The notes: a model not told the origin generated them from the letters alone. Shown: positions 40,163 through 51,949, numbered from the stretch's first letter. The stretch: DNA of 64,000 nucleotides from Arcobacteraceae bacterium (GCA_963662945.1 OY759974.1:384001-448000); one strand, 5' to 3'. Translations and numbers: made by a program.

Positions 40163-42031
40163 ATGAAAAATAAACTTATTATACTTCTAATTCTATCATT
40201 ATTTATTATTGCTAATATTGTTGTATATAAAGTCACTGCCATCAATCAAGAACAAAGAATTAATAATACTCTAGATAGTATTTCTAATCAATTACAAATA
40301 CACTATGAACTTCAAATTTATCATCAAACTATTACAGCTAATGCAGCGTATCAAGCTACAATTTCAAATAAACGTGTAATAGAAATCTTAAAAAAAGTAC
40401 AAACAGCTTCTAAAAAAGAAAAAGATGTGTTAAGAAAAGAACTTTATGATTTACTTATTCAAGATTATCATATATTAACATTACAAGGTGTATTACAATA
40501 TCAGTTTAATCTTAAAGACAATACCACATTTTTACGACTACACAAACCAAGTAAATTTGATGATGATCTAACGGATATTCGATACAGTTATACTTATGTA
40601 AATAAAGAGCATAAAATTATCAGAGGATTGGAACAAGGGAAAACAACACACGGATTTAGAAATATGTATCCAATATTTGATGAAAACCATAATTATTTAT
40701 GTGCAATGGAGATATCTTACTCAAGTGACTTGTTACAAATAATGTTAACAGATGTAAGTAAAATACACACACACTTTATCGTTAATAAAAAAGTTATAAA
40801 CATGAGGGCTTGGAAAACAAATGATTTTGTTTCAAACTATATGCAAAGTGATGAAAATGAAAACTATATGATATCTCAAATGAAAAATCATCAAGATTTT
40901 GAACACTTCGAACATTATAAAACTATGCTTAAAAGGTATAAAGACTTTATCTCGCAGTCAATCTTAAAAGATCAGAAGTTTAGTTTTTATGATACCTTTG
41001 ATAATGAAACACTTGTAATTTCTTTTTTCCCAATAAAAAATATCAAAGACAAAAAAACCGTAGCTTGGCTTGTAGCTTATGATACTAATTACTTTATCAA
41101 TGAGACTCTTAGTAATACTTTTTATATGAGATTACTCTCTTTTATAGTTTTTGTTTCTTTAGCACTTTTTATATATCTTACTCTTGCACAAAAAGAAATT
41201 TTAAAAGAACGAGTAAAAAGAAAAACAAAAGAATTAAAAGATATCAATAACAATCTAGAAAAAAGAATAACTGAAGAGGTTGAAAAGAACAAAAAAACAC
41301 AAGAACAACTCTTTAAATCAGAGAAATTAGCTTCAATGGGTGAAATGATTGGAAATATTGCACACCAGTGGAGACAGCCATTGTCGATTATTTCAACTGC
41401 AGCAACGGGTATCATCCTACAAAAAGAGTATGGAAAACTTACAGATGAGCAGCTTCTTCAAAATTGTACAGTTATTGATGAAAATGCACAATATCTATCT
41501 AAAACTATTGATGATTTTAGAGACTTTATTAAAGGTGATAAAAAATCTATTCTTTTTAATCTTCAAGAAACCTTTGAAAGTTTTTTACACCTTATTGAAC
41601 CTTCTATGAAAAATCACAATATCTTGGTCATAATTAATAATGATAAAAATACACAACTAGAAAATCATCCAAATGAACTTATACAATGTTTTATTAACAT
41701 ATATAACAATGCTAGAGATGTTCTAAAACCTTCAAGTTTAGAAAAAAAGTACATATTTATCTCCACACAAGAAACAAAAAAGTTTGTAATAATTCATTTT
41801 TTAGATAATGGTGGAGGTATAGACCCAAATATTTTACCAAAAATATTTGAACCTTATTTTACAACAAAACATAAAAGTCAAGGTACTGGACTTGGATTAC
41901 ATATGACCTATAATCTGATTGTATATGGTATGAAAGGTTCTATTGAAGTAAAAAATACAAATTATTCCTATGAAAAAAAAGATTATACAGGTGCAGAATT
42001 TATCATTACTTTACCTAAACAAATCAAATGA
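40163..42031 (+). CDS. Membrane sensor histidine kinase (Cache-like periplasmic domain)
   Basis: FLRLHKPSKF.DDL sensor motif, AHQWRQPL, NARD, DNGGGI, GTGLGL; ATG 40163 preferred because 40151 lies inside the -10. Confidence 0.9.
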   Translation: MKNKLIILLILSLFIIANIVVYKVTAINQEQRINNTLDSISNQLQIHYELQIYHQTITANAAYQATISNKRVIEILKKVQTASKKEKDVLRKELYDLLIQDYHILTLQGVLQYQFNLKDNTTFLRLHKPSKFDDDLTDIRYSYTYVNKEHKIIRGLEQGKTTHGFRNMYPIFDENHNYLCAMEISYSSDLLQIMLTDVSKIHTHFIVNKKVINMRAWKTNDFVSNYMQSDENENYMISQMKNHQDFEHFEHYKTMLKRYKDFISQSILKDQKFSFYDTFDNETLVISFFPIKNIKDKKTVAWLVAYDTNYFINETLSNTFYMRLLSFIVFVSLALFIYLTLAQKEILKERVKRKTKELKDINNNLEKRITEEVEKNKKTQEQLFKSEKLASMGEMIGNIAHQWRQPLSIISTAATGIILQKEYGKLTDEQLLQNCTVIDENAQYLSKTIDDFRDFIKGDKKSILFNLQETFESFLHLIEPSMKNHNILVIINNDKNTQLENHPNELIQCFINIYNNARDVLKPSSLEKKYIFISTQETKKFVIIHFLDNGGGIDPNILPKIFEPYFTTKHKSQGTGLGLHMTYNLIVYGMKGSIEVKNTNYSYEKKDYTGAEFIITLPKQIK

Positions 42032-42042
42032 TAAATCACTTT

Positions 42043-42876
42043 TTATTGAAATAATTTGATCATTTGTACTAAAATATTTTCATCTGTATAAACTTTTGTA
42101 AATTGAATTCCACTACTTTTAAAATTTTCATATAATTTTTCATCGTTTTGATGAACATTTTTTTCATATTCTTTAATAAGATTACCACTTAAAGTACCAT
42201 CAAATTTTTGAAATGTCTGAGGATCTGTAAAATGAACACTTCCGATACTTGATGGATGTTCTTCAAACCTATCTCTTACAATTACAGCGATAACTTCATG
42301 TTTTTTTGCCAATAGTTTTAAATTTAAATTTTCTATATTAAAAAAATCTCCAATTAAAAAGATAATAGATTTTTTTCTTATTTTGTGAAATAAATCATTT
42401 GCAATCAGTGTATAATCGACTTTTTTTCCTATTGCTTTATAGTTGTAAATATTTTGTACCATTGCATCAACTGTTATGAGTTTTTTGGTTCTTTTCGTTT
42501 CTAGTTCTACTGTTTCATTTGCAATAAAAGAACTATAAGTATCCCCTTGAGCACAACAACTATATCCAATTATTGCACATATTTCAGCGATTACTTCTTG
42601 TTTTAATCTAGATGTTCCAAAATGAACACTTCCACCTAATATTGGAACAATATTTATATCTAATTCTCTTTGAGCAAGGAAAACTTTCACAAAAGGCTTT
42701 TGCATTTTTGCACTAATTACCCAATCAATTTTCCGTATATCTTCTCCATCTTCATATTCTCTTAATTCAACAAAGTCATAACCTTCACCTTTAAACTTTG
42801 AGGTGTTATTTCCTATTTTCTGTGAAAAAATAGCTTTTTTTGTTTTGATTAATATTTTTTTTAAAACTTTATCCAA
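42043..42876 (-). CDS. DUF58-family protein
   Basis: GEGYDFVELREYEDGEDIRKIDW motif. Confidence 0.9.
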   Translation of the reverse strand: MDKVLKKILIKTKKAIFSQKIGNNTSKFKGEGYDFVELREYEDGEDIRKIDWVISAKMQKPFVKVFLAQRELDINIVPILGGSVHFGTSRLKQEVIAEICAIIGYSCCAQGDTYSSFIANETVELETKRTKKLITVDAMVQNIYNYKAIGKKVDYTLIANDLFHKIRKKSIIFLIGDFFNIENLNLKLLAKKHEVIAVIVRDRFEEHPSSIGSVHFTDPQTFQKFDGTLSGNLIKEYEKNVHQNDEKLYENFKSSGIQFTKVYTDENILVQMIKLFQ

Positions 42877-42880
42877 GGCT

Positions 42881-44188
42881 TTATCTTTTTATAATTCTTT
42901 TAAACTCTTCTATCGTTTCGTTTTCACGTTGTTTTAAATATTTTGCAAAATTACTTTGACCAGATTTTTGCACCTCTATCTCCATAGCAATATGTAACCC
43001 TGTACTTGTTTTATCCACTCTTAGTACTGTCCCTTTTGCAAAGGTTTTTGTAAATTTTCTTTCTTTGATAAGTACACTTGGGGAAGCAATATCGAAACCA
43101 AAAGTTAAATCTAATTGCATATTAGGTTTAATATCAAGTTCTAAAGCATCTGTTGTCAATAAAACATATTTTAAAGAGATTTGTTTTGCTTTAAAATCAA
43201 TATGAGTTTTATTAAAAAACATTGTAGCTTTGAAACTTTCATCTGCAGTCAATCTTAAAACATTTTTATCTCTTTGTTGATAATTGATATAATGGGGTTT
43301 TACGAGTCTCATTTTATTATTTTTCAAATCTAAGTTGATAATATTTGCAAATATGTGTTTATTGTTACTTTCAATTTTTAAGACCACATGTTTTTCATAT
43401 TTTGCGGCAACTATCTGTGCTGTTGAGGCTTTTACTTCAAAACTATTTTCATCACAATCTATCAATTCTCCTTGATTATGTATTGTAATTCCTTTATAAG
43501 TACTGATTAATAAAATACTTTCATCATTTTTAACATAATCATTTATATCTTCCAAACATGTTCTAGGAATTTTAATCTTTATGTTTTGATCAACTATTGG
43601 TTCTTTTTTTAATACTTCTTTTTCTTGCTGTACTTCATGAACGATTGTAGGCTTTTGAACAACTTTTTGTTTAACAGGCTCTTGTATATTTGTTTCTACT
43701 ACTTTTTTTTGCACAACAGTTTGTTTCTCTTTAGGAAGGATTGGAGCTGCAGTTATTTTTGGTTTTACAATTTTTTGAGGTATAACTTTTTTTATAGGAG
43801 GAAGGATACCAATAAGCTTATCTGCTAATTGAGCAAAGTTTACAGGTTTCAATAACATCCCTGCTAAACCCATATCTATTGATTGTAAAAGTGTATAGTT
43901 TTCATCACTTTGACTTAAAGTAATAATAATGATATTCTCATTAACTTCTTTTATGTCAGCCAATAATTCTATAGAATCTTTCTTCTCTAAACTTAAATCC
44001 ATAATAACCACATCAGGTTTTACTTTCAAAAAAAGTTCAAATCCCTCTTCTCCATCATAAGCTTGATAAAAATATTTAAATGTTTTTTGTAAATATATTC
44101 CAAAATTTTTCTGTAATGTTTTATCACCTTCTATATATAATAATATCTTATCATTAGCAATATTTTTTAACTTTTCTAAACTACTCAT
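42881..44188 (-). CDS. Receiver domain + long linker + PilZ-like C-terminal domain
   Basis: REC (VIMD, LLKP), Pro/Lys/Val/Gln-rich linker, C-terminal beta domain with degenerate RxxxR/DxSxxG. Confidence 0.7.
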   Translation of the reverse strand: MSSLEKLKNIANDKILLYIEGDKTLQKNFGIYLQKTFKYFYQAYDGEEGFELFLKVKPDVVIMDLSLEKKDSIELLADIKEVNENIIIITLSQSDENYTLLQSIDMGLAGMLLKPVNFAQLADKLIGILPPIKKVIPQKIVKPKITAAPILPKEKQTVVQKKVVETNIQEPVKQKVVQKPTIVHEVQQEKEVLKKEPIVDQNIKIKIPRTCLEDINDYVKNDESILLISTYKGITIHNQGELIDCDENSFEVKASTAQIVAAKYEKHVVLKIESNNKHIFANIINLDLKNNKMRLVKPHYINYQQRDKNVLRLTADESFKATMFFNKTHIDFKAKQISLKYVLLTTDALELDIKPNMQLDLTFGFDIASPSVLIKERKFTKTFAKGTVLRVDKTSTGLHIAMEIEVQKSGQSNFAKYLKQRENETIEEFKRIIKR

Positions 44189-44293
44189 TATTGTACTCTT
44201 TTTATTGATAGATATAGAATAATCTATTTTCTATAAATATTCCCTTAGGATTTTTTGGATACAATTACGCAAATTAAAACTAAAGGGATAAAT

Positions 44294-44515
44294 ATGTTTC
44301 ACGAATATAGAGATATAGTTACAGAATTAAAAACAACAAATGCGCACTTCAAAAAAATTTTTGATGAGCATAATGAATTACACGATCAATTAGATAAAGC
44401 TGAAGCTGGTGGAGTTGATCATATTGATCCAATGGAAATCGAAAGAATGAAAAAAGCTAAGCTAAAACTAAAAGATGAAGCATACGCTATGATTATGGAA
44501 CATAAAAACAAATAG
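44294..44515 (+). CDS. DUF465 / YdcH-family protein
   Basis: MFHEYRD...HF..IFDEHN.L...KK.KL.LKD; AAGGGA RBS before ATG 44294. Confidence 0.88.
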   Translation: MFHEYRDIVTELKTTNAHFKKIFDEHNELHDQLDKAEAGGVDHIDPMEIERMKKAKLKLKDEAYAMIMEHKNK

Positions 44516-44537
44516 TTTCTTTATTTACAAAATCTTT

Positions 44538-44568
44538 AAAGGTCAAGTTTTTTTAACTTGACCTTTTT
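44538..44568 (+). terminator. Rho-independent terminator
   Basis: AAAGGTCAAGTT-N5-AACTTGACCTTT followed by T run. Confidence 0.85.
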
Positions 44569-44628
44569 TATTATTTAAGTATAGTTTAGATACAATAATT
44601 TAATTTTACAAAAAGGTATAAATAACTT

Positions 44629-47166
44629 ATGGAAAATCTTTTCGAATCACAAGACATAGTTGACATTAAAATAGAAGATAGTATAAAAGCTTCATACCTA
44701 GACTACTCAATGAGTGTTATCATAGGTAGAGCTTTACCTGATGCTAGAGATGGTTTAAAACCTGTTCATAGAAGAATCCTTTATGCGATGCATGACCTTA
44801 ATATGAGTTCAAGAACACCATATAAAAAATCAGCAAGAATTGTTGGAGATGTTATTGGTAAATACCATCCACATGGAGACACCTCTGTATATGATGCGCT
44901 TGTAAGAATGGCTCAAGACTTTGCAATGAGAATGCCACTTGTTGATGGACAAGGGAACTTCGGAAGTGTTGATGGAGATAGTGCAGCTGCTATGAGATAT
45001 ACTGAAGCTAGGATGACAAAACTTAGTGAAGATTTATTAAAAGATATTGATAAAGATACTGTGAACTACGTACCAACATACGATGATACAGGGAAAGAAC
45101 CTTCAGTACTACCTACAAGAATGCCTACGTTGCTTGTAAATGGTAGTGAAGGTATTGCTGTTGGTATGGCTACAAAAATACCACCACATAACCCTACAGA
45201 AGTTATGGATGCATTGATACATCTTATTGACAATCCAAATGCAGATGCTACAGACCTTATGGAATTTATACAAGGACCTGATTTCCCTACAGGTGCTACA
45301 ATATTTGGAAGACAAGGTTTCACAGAAGCATATAAAACAGGTCGTGGAAAAGTAAGAATAAGAGCAAAACATCACATCGAAACAAGAGGTAAAAAAGAGA
45401 TTATCGTTATTGATGAACTTCCTTACCAAGTAAACAAAGCAAGACTTGTAGAACAAATAGCAAATCTATCAAAAGATAAAATGATAGATGGTGTGAGTGA
45501 AGTAAGAGATGAATCAGATAGAGAAGGTACAAGAGTTGTAATCGAACTAAAAAAAGATGCAATGGGTGAAATCGTTTTAAATAACCTTTATAAACAAACA
45601 CCGATGCAAACTACATTTGGTATTATATTACTTGCAGTACATAATAAAGAACCAAAGATATTTAATCTTCCTCAAATTTTAAATATCTTCTTAAATCACA
45701 GAAAAACTGTAATTATTAGAAGAACTATATTTGAGTTAGAAAAAGCAAAAGCAAGAGCACATATCTTAGAAGGTCTTAAAATTGCTGTTGATAATATTGA
45801 TGAAGTTGTTAAAATCATTAGAGCAAGTGCAAATGATACGGAAGCTAGTGAAAAATTAATTGCTAGATTTGATTTGAGTGAAATACAAGCAAAAGCAATT
45901 CTAGATATGAGATTAGGAAGATTAACTGGTCTTCAAATTGAAAAACTAGAAGAAGAGTTACGAGCTCTTTTAACGCTTATAGAAGAATTAGAATCTATTT
46001 TAAAATCTGAAGAAAAATTAAATACTATTATAAAAGAAGAATTAATAGAAACTAAAGAAAAATACAATGAACCAAGAAGAACTGAAATAGAAGATAGTTA
46101 TGATGATATTGATATTGAAGATTTAATACCAAATGAACCAATGGTAGTAACTATCACACATAATGGATATGTAAAAAGAGTACCTATTAAAGCATACGAA
46201 ATGCAAAGACGTGGTGGTAAAGGTAAAGTTGCTGTTACTACACACGATGATGACTTTATCGAAAAATTCTTCGTAAGTAATACACATGATACACTTATGT
46301 TTGTTACAAACTTAGGGCAATTATACTGGTTAAAAGTTTATAGAATTCCTGAAGGTGGACGAACTGCAAAAGGGAAAGCTGTTGTAAATCTTATCAATTT
46401 AAGAGAAGATGAAAAGATTATGGCAATCATCCCTACAACAGATTTTGATGAATCTAAATCTTTAGCATTCTTTACAAAAAATGGTGTTGTAAAAAGAACA
46501 GCATTAAGTGAATTTAGTAATATTAGATCAAATGGGGTAAGAGCTATCGTTCTTGATGATGATGATGAAATTGTAACGGCATCTATCACTTTCCCTGAAT
46601 CACAATATCTAATGATATTTACTGCACTTGGACAAGTTATCAGATTTGAAATTGAAAAAACAAGAAATCAAGGTAGAACTACAAGAGGTGTTAGAGGTAT
46701 TAAATTTAAAGACCCTAAAGATTATGTAGTTGATGCAGATGTTATTGAAAATGAACAACAAGAATTATTAACAGTAAGTGAAAACGGTGTTGGAAAACGA
46801 ACAGAAGTAGAAGCATATAGACTTACAAATAGAGCTGGTTCTGGTGTTATTTCTATGAAATTAAGTCCAAAAACAGGAAAAACTGTAGTTGGAAACGTAA
46901 TCGTTGATGAAGACCAAGATTTAATGGCACTTACAAGTATTGGTAAAATGATAAGAGTTGATATGCAAACTATTAGAAAAGCTGGTAGAAATACAAGTGG
47001 TGTAACAATTGTAAATGTTGACAAAGAAGATAGAGTTGTAAGTATTGCAAAATGTCCAAAAGAAAAAGATGATGAGCTAGATATTCAAAATGCAGATGAT
47101 ATGGCTGGAATTGATTTAGAAGAAAGAAATTTATTAAACACTGATAATAATGGAGAAAATGAATAA
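44629..47166 (+). CDS. gyrA: DNA gyrase subunit A
   Basis: KYHPHGD, AAMRYTE, GyrA-box QRRGGKG. Confidence 0.98.
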   Translation: MENLFESQDIVDIKIEDSIKASYLDYSMSVIIGRALPDARDGLKPVHRRILYAMHDLNMSSRTPYKKSARIVGDVIGKYHPHGDTSVYDALVRMAQDFAMRMPLVDGQGNFGSVDGDSAAAMRYTEARMTKLSEDLLKDIDKDTVNYVPTYDDTGKEPSVLPTRMPTLLVNGSEGIAVGMATKIPPHNPTEVMDALIHLIDNPNADATDLMEFIQGPDFPTGATIFGRQGFTEAYKTGRGKVRIRAKHHIETRGKKEIIVIDELPYQVNKARLVEQIANLSKDKMIDGVSEVRDESDREGTRVVIELKKDAMGEIVLNNLYKQTPMQTTFGIILLAVHNKEPKIFNLPQILNIFLNHRKTVIIRRTIFELEKAKARAHILEGLKIAVDNIDEVVKIIRASANDTEASEKLIARFDLSEIQAKAILDMRLGRLTGLQIEKLEEELRALLTLIEELESILKSEEKLNTIIKEELIETKEKYNEPRRTEIEDSYDDIDIEDLIPNEPMVVTITHNGYVKRVPIKAYEMQRRGGKGKVAVTTHDDDFIEKFFVSNTHDTLMFVTNLGQLYWLKVYRIPEGGRTAKGKAVVNLINLREDEKIMAIIPTTDFDESKSLAFFTKNGVVKRTALSEFSNIRSNGVRAIVLDDDDEIVTASITFPESQYLMIFTALGQVIRFEIEKTRNQGRTTRGVRGIKFKDPKDYVVDADVIENEQQELLTVSENGVGKRTEVEAYRLTNRAGSGVISMKLSPKTGKTVVGNVIVDEDQDLMALTSIGKMIRVDMQTIRKAGRNTSGVTIVNVDKEDRVVSIAKCPKEKDDELDIQNADDMAGIDLEERNLLNTDNNGENE

Positions 47167-48210
47167 ATGAGTTTGAAATATAATGTAGCTGTAGTGGGTG
47201 CTACAGGTGCTGTTGGGGAAGAATTATTTAGAGTTATGGAAGAGATGAACTTCCCAGTTGGTAATCTTTTACCACTTGCAAGTGCAAATAGTGTTGGAAC
47301 AAACATCACATTTAAAGGGAAAGAATATCCTGTATATGAACTAACCGATACAGTTTTTGAAGAACATGAAGTTGATATTGCATTTTTTAGTGCTGGTGGA
47401 AGTATTAGTGCTAAATTTGCTCATTGTGCTGTTGAAGGTGGTGCAGTTGTTATTGATAACACTAGTCATTTTAGAATGGAAGAAAATATTCCTTTAGTAG
47501 TTCCTGAAGTAAATCCTGAAGATATAGCTTTATGGAGAGAAACAGGAATCATTGCAAATCCAAATTGTTCAACAATCCAAATGGTACAAGTATTAAAACC
47601 ACTTGATGAACTCTATGGTATCAAAAGAGTTGATGTATCAACATATCAAGCTACAAGTGGTGCTGGAAAAAAAGGGATGGAAGAACTTGTAAGACAAATG
47701 CAAGATTTTTTTGCTTTTAAACTAGATGAATCAGAAAAATCTGCTTTTGCACACCAAATTGCTCTTAACGTAATACCACATATTGATGTATTTCAACCAA
47801 ATGGTTTTACTAAAGAAGAGATGAAAATGGTAAAAGAAACTCAAAAAATTATGAAAAAGAAAATGGCTATTGCAGCAACTTGTGTTAGAGTACCTGTTTT
47901 AAGAAGTCATAGTGAATCAATTACTATTAGATTTGATGATGGTGTAGATGCTGATGTAAATGCAATCAGAAGTGCATTAGATAATTTTGAAAATGTAGAA
48001 GTTGCAGATGATGTTGAAAACAACATTTATCCAATGCCAATTATGTCAACAGATACTGACTTAACTTTTGTTGGAAGAATAAGAAAAGATATTTATGAAC
48101 CAAATGTCATACATCTTTTTAATGCAGCTGACCAAGTAAGAGTTGGTGCTGCAACAAATGCTGTAAGAATTGGTCTTAAATGGATTGCTTTACAAGAAGA
48201 GGAGCTTTAA
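47167..48210 (+). CDS. asd: Aspartate-semialdehyde dehydrogenase
   Basis: GATGAVG, NPNCSTIQ, CVRVPVLRSHSE. Confidence 0.97.
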   Translation: MSLKYNVAVVGATGAVGEELFRVMEEMNFPVGNLLPLASANSVGTNITFKGKEYPVYELTDTVFEEHEVDIAFFSAGGSISAKFAHCAVEGGAVVIDNTSHFRMEENIPLVVPEVNPEDIALWRETGIIANPNCSTIQMVQVLKPLDELYGIKRVDVSTYQATSGAGKKGMEELVRQMQDFFAFKLDESEKSAFAHQIALNVIPHIDVFQPNGFTKEEMKMVKETQKIMKKKMAIAATCVRVPVLRSHSESITIRFDDGVDADVNAIRSALDNFENVEVADDVENNIYPMPIMSTDTDLTFVGRIRKDIYEPNVIHLFNAADQVRVGAATNAVRIGLKWIALQEEEL

Positions 48211-48213
48211 GAG

Positions 48214-48726
48214 ATGTTAGAAAAACTATTTGAAGGTGCTATTTGGAGAAGTAGATTAGTAGTAATACTTGCTGTTGTATTTGGTCTTTTAGGTGCAATA
48301 GTTTTATTTATTGTTGCTTCTATAGATATTTGGGGAGTCGCGGTATATAGTTTTAATACAATTGTAACTGGTGCTCATCCTGAGCATTTTCATGAAGATA
48401 TAGTTGCTGGTATTATTGGTGCTGTTGATTTATATCTTATTGCCGTTGTACTTTTTATTTTCGCATTTGGTTTATATGAACTATTTGTATCAGAAATTGA
48501 TGAAGCTATGGAAAAAGAAAATGCAAATAAAATACTTGCTATTCACTCTTTAGATCAATTAAAAGATAAAATAGCAAAAGTTATCGTAATGGTTTTAGTA
48601 GTTAGCTTTTTTCAAAAAGTATTACATACAAGTTTTGCAACACCATTGGAGATGTTATATTTTGCACTTTCAATCACAGCACTTGCTGTTGGATTATATT
48701 TTTTAGGAAAAGTAGGTAAACATTAA
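48214..48726 (+). CDS. YqhA / UPF0114 membrane protein
   Basis: VDLYL...[19 protein letters not shown]. Confidence 0.85.
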   Translation: MLEKLFEGAIWRSRLVVILAVVFGLLGAIVLFIVASIDIWGVAVYSFNTIVTGAHPEHFHEDIVAGIIGAVDLYLIAVVLFIFAFGLYELFVSEIDEAMEKENANKILAIHSLDQLKDKIAKVIVMVLVVSFFQKVLHTSFATPLEMLYFALSITALAVGLYFLGKVGKH

Positions 48727-49775
48727 TGGGGAAAATATTTGTTGATGCGTGTTTAGGTAAAGAGACACCTTATACACCAGTATGGATGATGAGACAAGCG
48801 GGAAGATACCTTCCTGAATATATGAAAGTAAGAGCAGAGGCTGGAAACTTTTTAAACCTTTGTCATGATCCAAAAAAAGCGGCTGAAGTCACTATCCAAC
48901 CACTTGATATTGTTGGTGTTGATGCAGCAATATTATTTTCAGATATTTTAGTTATTCCAGATGAAATGGGTATGGACTTATCTTTTGTAAAAGGTGAAGG
49001 GCCTCAATTTAGTGATCCAATTAAAACTCAAGAAGACTTAGATAGACTTATAGGTGGAGAAGAAGCTTCTAGTAAACTTACTTATGTGTATGACACTATC
49101 AAACTTTTAAGAGAACAATTAGACTCTCGTGGTGACGATAAAGCACTTATAGGATTTACAGGAGCACCTTGGACACTTGCAACTTATATGATAGAGGGTC
49201 AAGGGACAAAAACATACAATATTTGTAAAAAAATGATGTATTCTAATCCTGAACTTTTACATAATATATTAAAAAAAGTAACTGAAGTTGTAAAACTCTA
49301 TATGGAAAAACAAATCCAAGCTGGTGTAGATGTAGTTCAAATTTTTGATTCATGGGCTGCTGCAATTGAACCAAGCAAATATGATGAATTTTCTTGGTCA
49401 TATATGGTTGAAATAGCTGATTATTTAAAAGCAAAATACCCACACATTCCTATTATTATGTTTCCTAAAGGTGTAGCTTCTTTTATAGAAAGAGGTCTAG
49501 TGTACGGAAACTTTGATGTATTTGGTGTAGATTGGGGAACTCCAATGGCACTTGCGAAAGAAAAACTAGGAAGTAAATATGTTCTTCAAGGAAATATGGA
49601 ACCATGTAGACTTTACTCAAAAGAAAGAACTACTGAATGTGTAGAAGCTTTACAAAACATTATGGGTGGCAAACGTCATATCTTTAATTTAGGTCATGGA
49701 ATCTTACCTGATGTACCTGTTGAGCATGCAAAACACTTTGTAAGTGAATGTCAAAGAGTTAGCGGTAAAAAATAG
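48726..49775 (+). CDS. hemE: Uroporphyrinogen decarboxylase
   Basis: [29 protein letters not shown]. Confidence 0.97.
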   Translation: MGKIFVDACLGKETPYTPVWMMRQAGRYLPEYMKVRAEAGNFLNLCHDPKKAAEVTIQPLDIVGVDAAILFSDILVIPDEMGMDLSFVKGEGPQFSDPIKTQEDLDRLIGGEEASSKLTYVYDTIKLLREQLDSRGDDKALIGFTGAPWTLATYMIEGQGTKTYNICKKMMYSNPELLHNILKKVTEVVKLYMEKQIQAGVDVVQIFDSWAAAIEPSKYDEFSWSYMVEIADYLKAKYPHIPIIMFPKGVASFIERGLVYGNFDVFGVDWGTPMALAKEKLGSKYVLQGNMEPCRLYSKERTTECVEALQNIMGGKRHIFNLGHGILPDVPVEHAKHFVSECQRVSGKK

Positions 49776-50683
49776 TGAATAATATCATTTTTGGACCTAT
49801 CCCATCAAGACGATTTGGGATGAGTCTAGGAATTGACCTCTCTCCTACTTTAAAACAATGTAACTTTGATTGTTTATATTGTGAGCTTGAAAAGGCAAAA
49901 ACTGTTTCAAAACAAACTGAAGTTTTAGAAGTTGAAGCAATAATCACAGAACTTAAAACTGCTTTAGAAAATCATAAAAACATTGATGTAATAACATTTA
50001 CAGCAAATGGTGAACCAACCTTATATCCAAAACTTTCAACTCTTATAGATGAAGTAGATAAAATTAAAGGCAATATAAAAACACTCATACTTAGTAATGG
50101 TGCAAACATATATGAACCACAGATACAACAAACACTTTCTAAAATAGATATAGTAAAACTTTCCCTTGATTGTGTGAGCCCTACTTGCTTTAAAAAACTT
50201 GATAGAGTTGATGATAGTATAGATTGTACTAAAATAGTAGATGGGATGATAGCTTTTAGACAACTGCATAAAAAACAACTTATCACTGAAACTCTTTTTG
50301 TAAAAACACTTAATGACAATCAAGAAGAGATCAGTAAAATATATGAAGCACTTAAACTTATTAAACCAGATAGAGTGGATATAGGTACCATAGATAGACC
50401 ACCTGCATATGATGTAAAACCTGTAAGTTATGAAACACTACTTTCTATAGCAAATAGTTTTAAAAATTTACCAGTAACTATTGCCCATAGAGATAAAAAT
50501 ATTGCAAAAGAGGAATATAGTGAAGCAGAGATTTTAAGACTTCTTTTACGAAGACCTTTAACACAAGATGATATAGAAAATATTTTTACAAAAAACTCTC
50601 AAGATATATTGAAAACTCTACTAGAAACTAAAAAAGTCTATGAAGTTATCAACAACAATGTGAAGTTTTATAAAATATCATAA
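49775..50683 (+). CDS. Radical SAM protein
   Basis: GPIPSRRFG.SLG, CNFDCLYC, GEPTL; GTG start overlaps hemE stop. Confidence 0.9.
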   Translation: MNNIIFGPIPSRRFGMSLGIDLSPTLKQCNFDCLYCELEKAKTVSKQTEVLEVEAIITELKTALENHKNIDVITFTANGEPTLYPKLSTLIDEVDKIKGNIKTLILSNGANIYEPQIQQTLSKIDIVKLSLDCVSPTCFKKLDRVDDSIDCTKIVDGMIAFRQLHKKQLITETLFVKTLNDNQEEISKIYEALKLIKPDRVDIGTIDRPPAYDVKPVSYETLLSIANSFKNLPVTIAHRDKNIAKEEYSEAEILRLLLRRPLTQDDIENIFTKNSQDILKTLLETKKVYEVINNNVKFYKIS

Positions 50684-50699
50684 TTTAAGCTAAATTTAA

Positions 50700-50728
50700 T
50701 TGACAAAATTGAAATATTTAACTATAAT
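50700..50728 (+). promoter_or_regulatory. Consensus sigma70 promoter of tRNA-Asn
   Basis: TTGACA-17 nt-TATAAT. Confidence 0.85.
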
Positions 50729-50771
50729 TTCGCCACTTAAAAGGAAACATTCTTTTTAAATTCACAAACAT

Positions 50772-50846
50772 TCCGGCATAGCTCAGCGGTAGAGTAGATG
50801 ACTGTTAATCATTTGGTCCCTGGTTCGATCCCAGGTGCCGGAGCCA
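50772..50846 (+). tRNA. tRNA-Asn (GTT)
   Basis: Acceptor stem TCCGGCA/TGCCGGA, D arm AGCTCAGCGGTAGAGT, anticodon loop CTGTTAA, T loop GGTTCGATCC, encoded CCA. Confidence 0.97.
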
Positions 50847-50932
50847 CAAACTTAAAATCCTTTTTTAAAATTTCATTTTTTAATTTTATATCAAACTTAT
50901 TCCAAAACTGTACTAATTTATAGTTTAACTAA

Positions 50933-51757
50933 TTAACCTTTATCAGCATGTTCAACATGTGTATAACTGTAAGTTTGCGTATAACAATGTAGTAGTTTGT
51001 CATTTTCTTTTTTTCTTTTATAATAATCATCTTTTATAGTTTCAAGATAAGAGGTCACAGTCTTAGAACCTTTATAAAAATTTGAATTTGTATCATAATG
51101 TCCTTTTGTTTGAATACTATCAAACTGTTTTGCCATACTATCAAAAGTATTAAATAATGCATTTGTTGTAACCTCTGTCTCAGAACTAAATACAGTTTTA
51201 GTGGAGTACTTAGCTGTTCTTTTAATATTTTTTACTGTTACTTCAATGTTTTTTGAAAACTCATAACTATAATCTTTTATTGTATAATCTTTTGTAAACT
51301 CTTTATTCAAAGTAAAACTTTCTACATGTTTTACTATTGCTTCAAATTGTATACCAAGATATGTAATGGAATTCCAAGCATCAAATATTGTATTAACAAC
51401 TTTATTTAGTGATTCCAAACAAAGAGCATCTGAAGATTCAAAAGATTCTAATTCTTTTTCAAATAAAACTTTATTTAACACTTCATCATCTGTGATATGT
51501 GCTTTTATATACAATGATGTTGCTTCATTATTTTGCTTTATCATCGTATCTTTTGGATACAAAATATCTATATCTTCTCTCGTTAAATTTTTATACTCAT
51601 TATAAGTTATATTTCTAGGATTTCTTTTTTTATACAATTTATCAAGAAAAGAATGTTTTTTAGAATCGCTATTCTGTTTAGATTTATGAGTATAAACTGA
51701 ATGCTTATTATTTGTTGTATTATTACTCGGTTCTGTGGTTCTTATGGTTATTTTCAT
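50933..51757 (-). CDS. Hypothetical protein with low-complexity N-terminus
   Basis: 274-aa ORF with GAGG RBS; no recognised motif. Confidence 0.7.
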   Translation of the reverse strand: MKITIRTTEPSNNTTNNKHSVYTHKSKQNSDSKKHSFLDKLYKKRNPRNITYNEYKNLTREDIDILYPKDTMIKQNNEATSLYIKAHITDDEVLNKVLFEKELESFESSDALCLESLNKVVNTIFDAWNSITYLGIQFEAIVKHVESFTLNKEFTKDYTIKDYSYEFSKNIEVTVKNIKRTAKYSTKTVFSSETEVTTNALFNTFDSMAKQFDSIQTKGHYDTNSNFYKGSKTVTSYLETIKDDYYKRKKENDKLLHCYTQTYSYTHVEHADKG

Positions 51758-51789
51758 CTTTCTTTCCTCGTTATAATATCTTTAATAAA

Positions 51790-51822
51790 ATATTAACAAA
51801 AAGATGTCACAACGCTGTCACA
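51790..51822 (-). promoter_or_regulatory. TGTGACA direct repeat plus extended -10
   Basis: Minus strand TGTGACA-gcgt-TGTGACA-tctttt-TGTTAATAT; matches the 53900 site. Confidence 0.65.
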
Positions 51823-51949
51823 GAAAACACATAAGTTACAAAATCATAAAATAATTTACTCTCAAATCTTTTCTCTTTTAATATGTAAGTATAAATAAGT
51901 TAGAATTATATAATAACTTATTTATAGGATAGAGGGAACAAACTATAGA

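Noticed and set aside
44860-44900. Quinolone-resistance substitution in GyrA
   Set aside because: QRDR reads HGDTSVYD with Thr at the key position, the usual susceptible state in this group.
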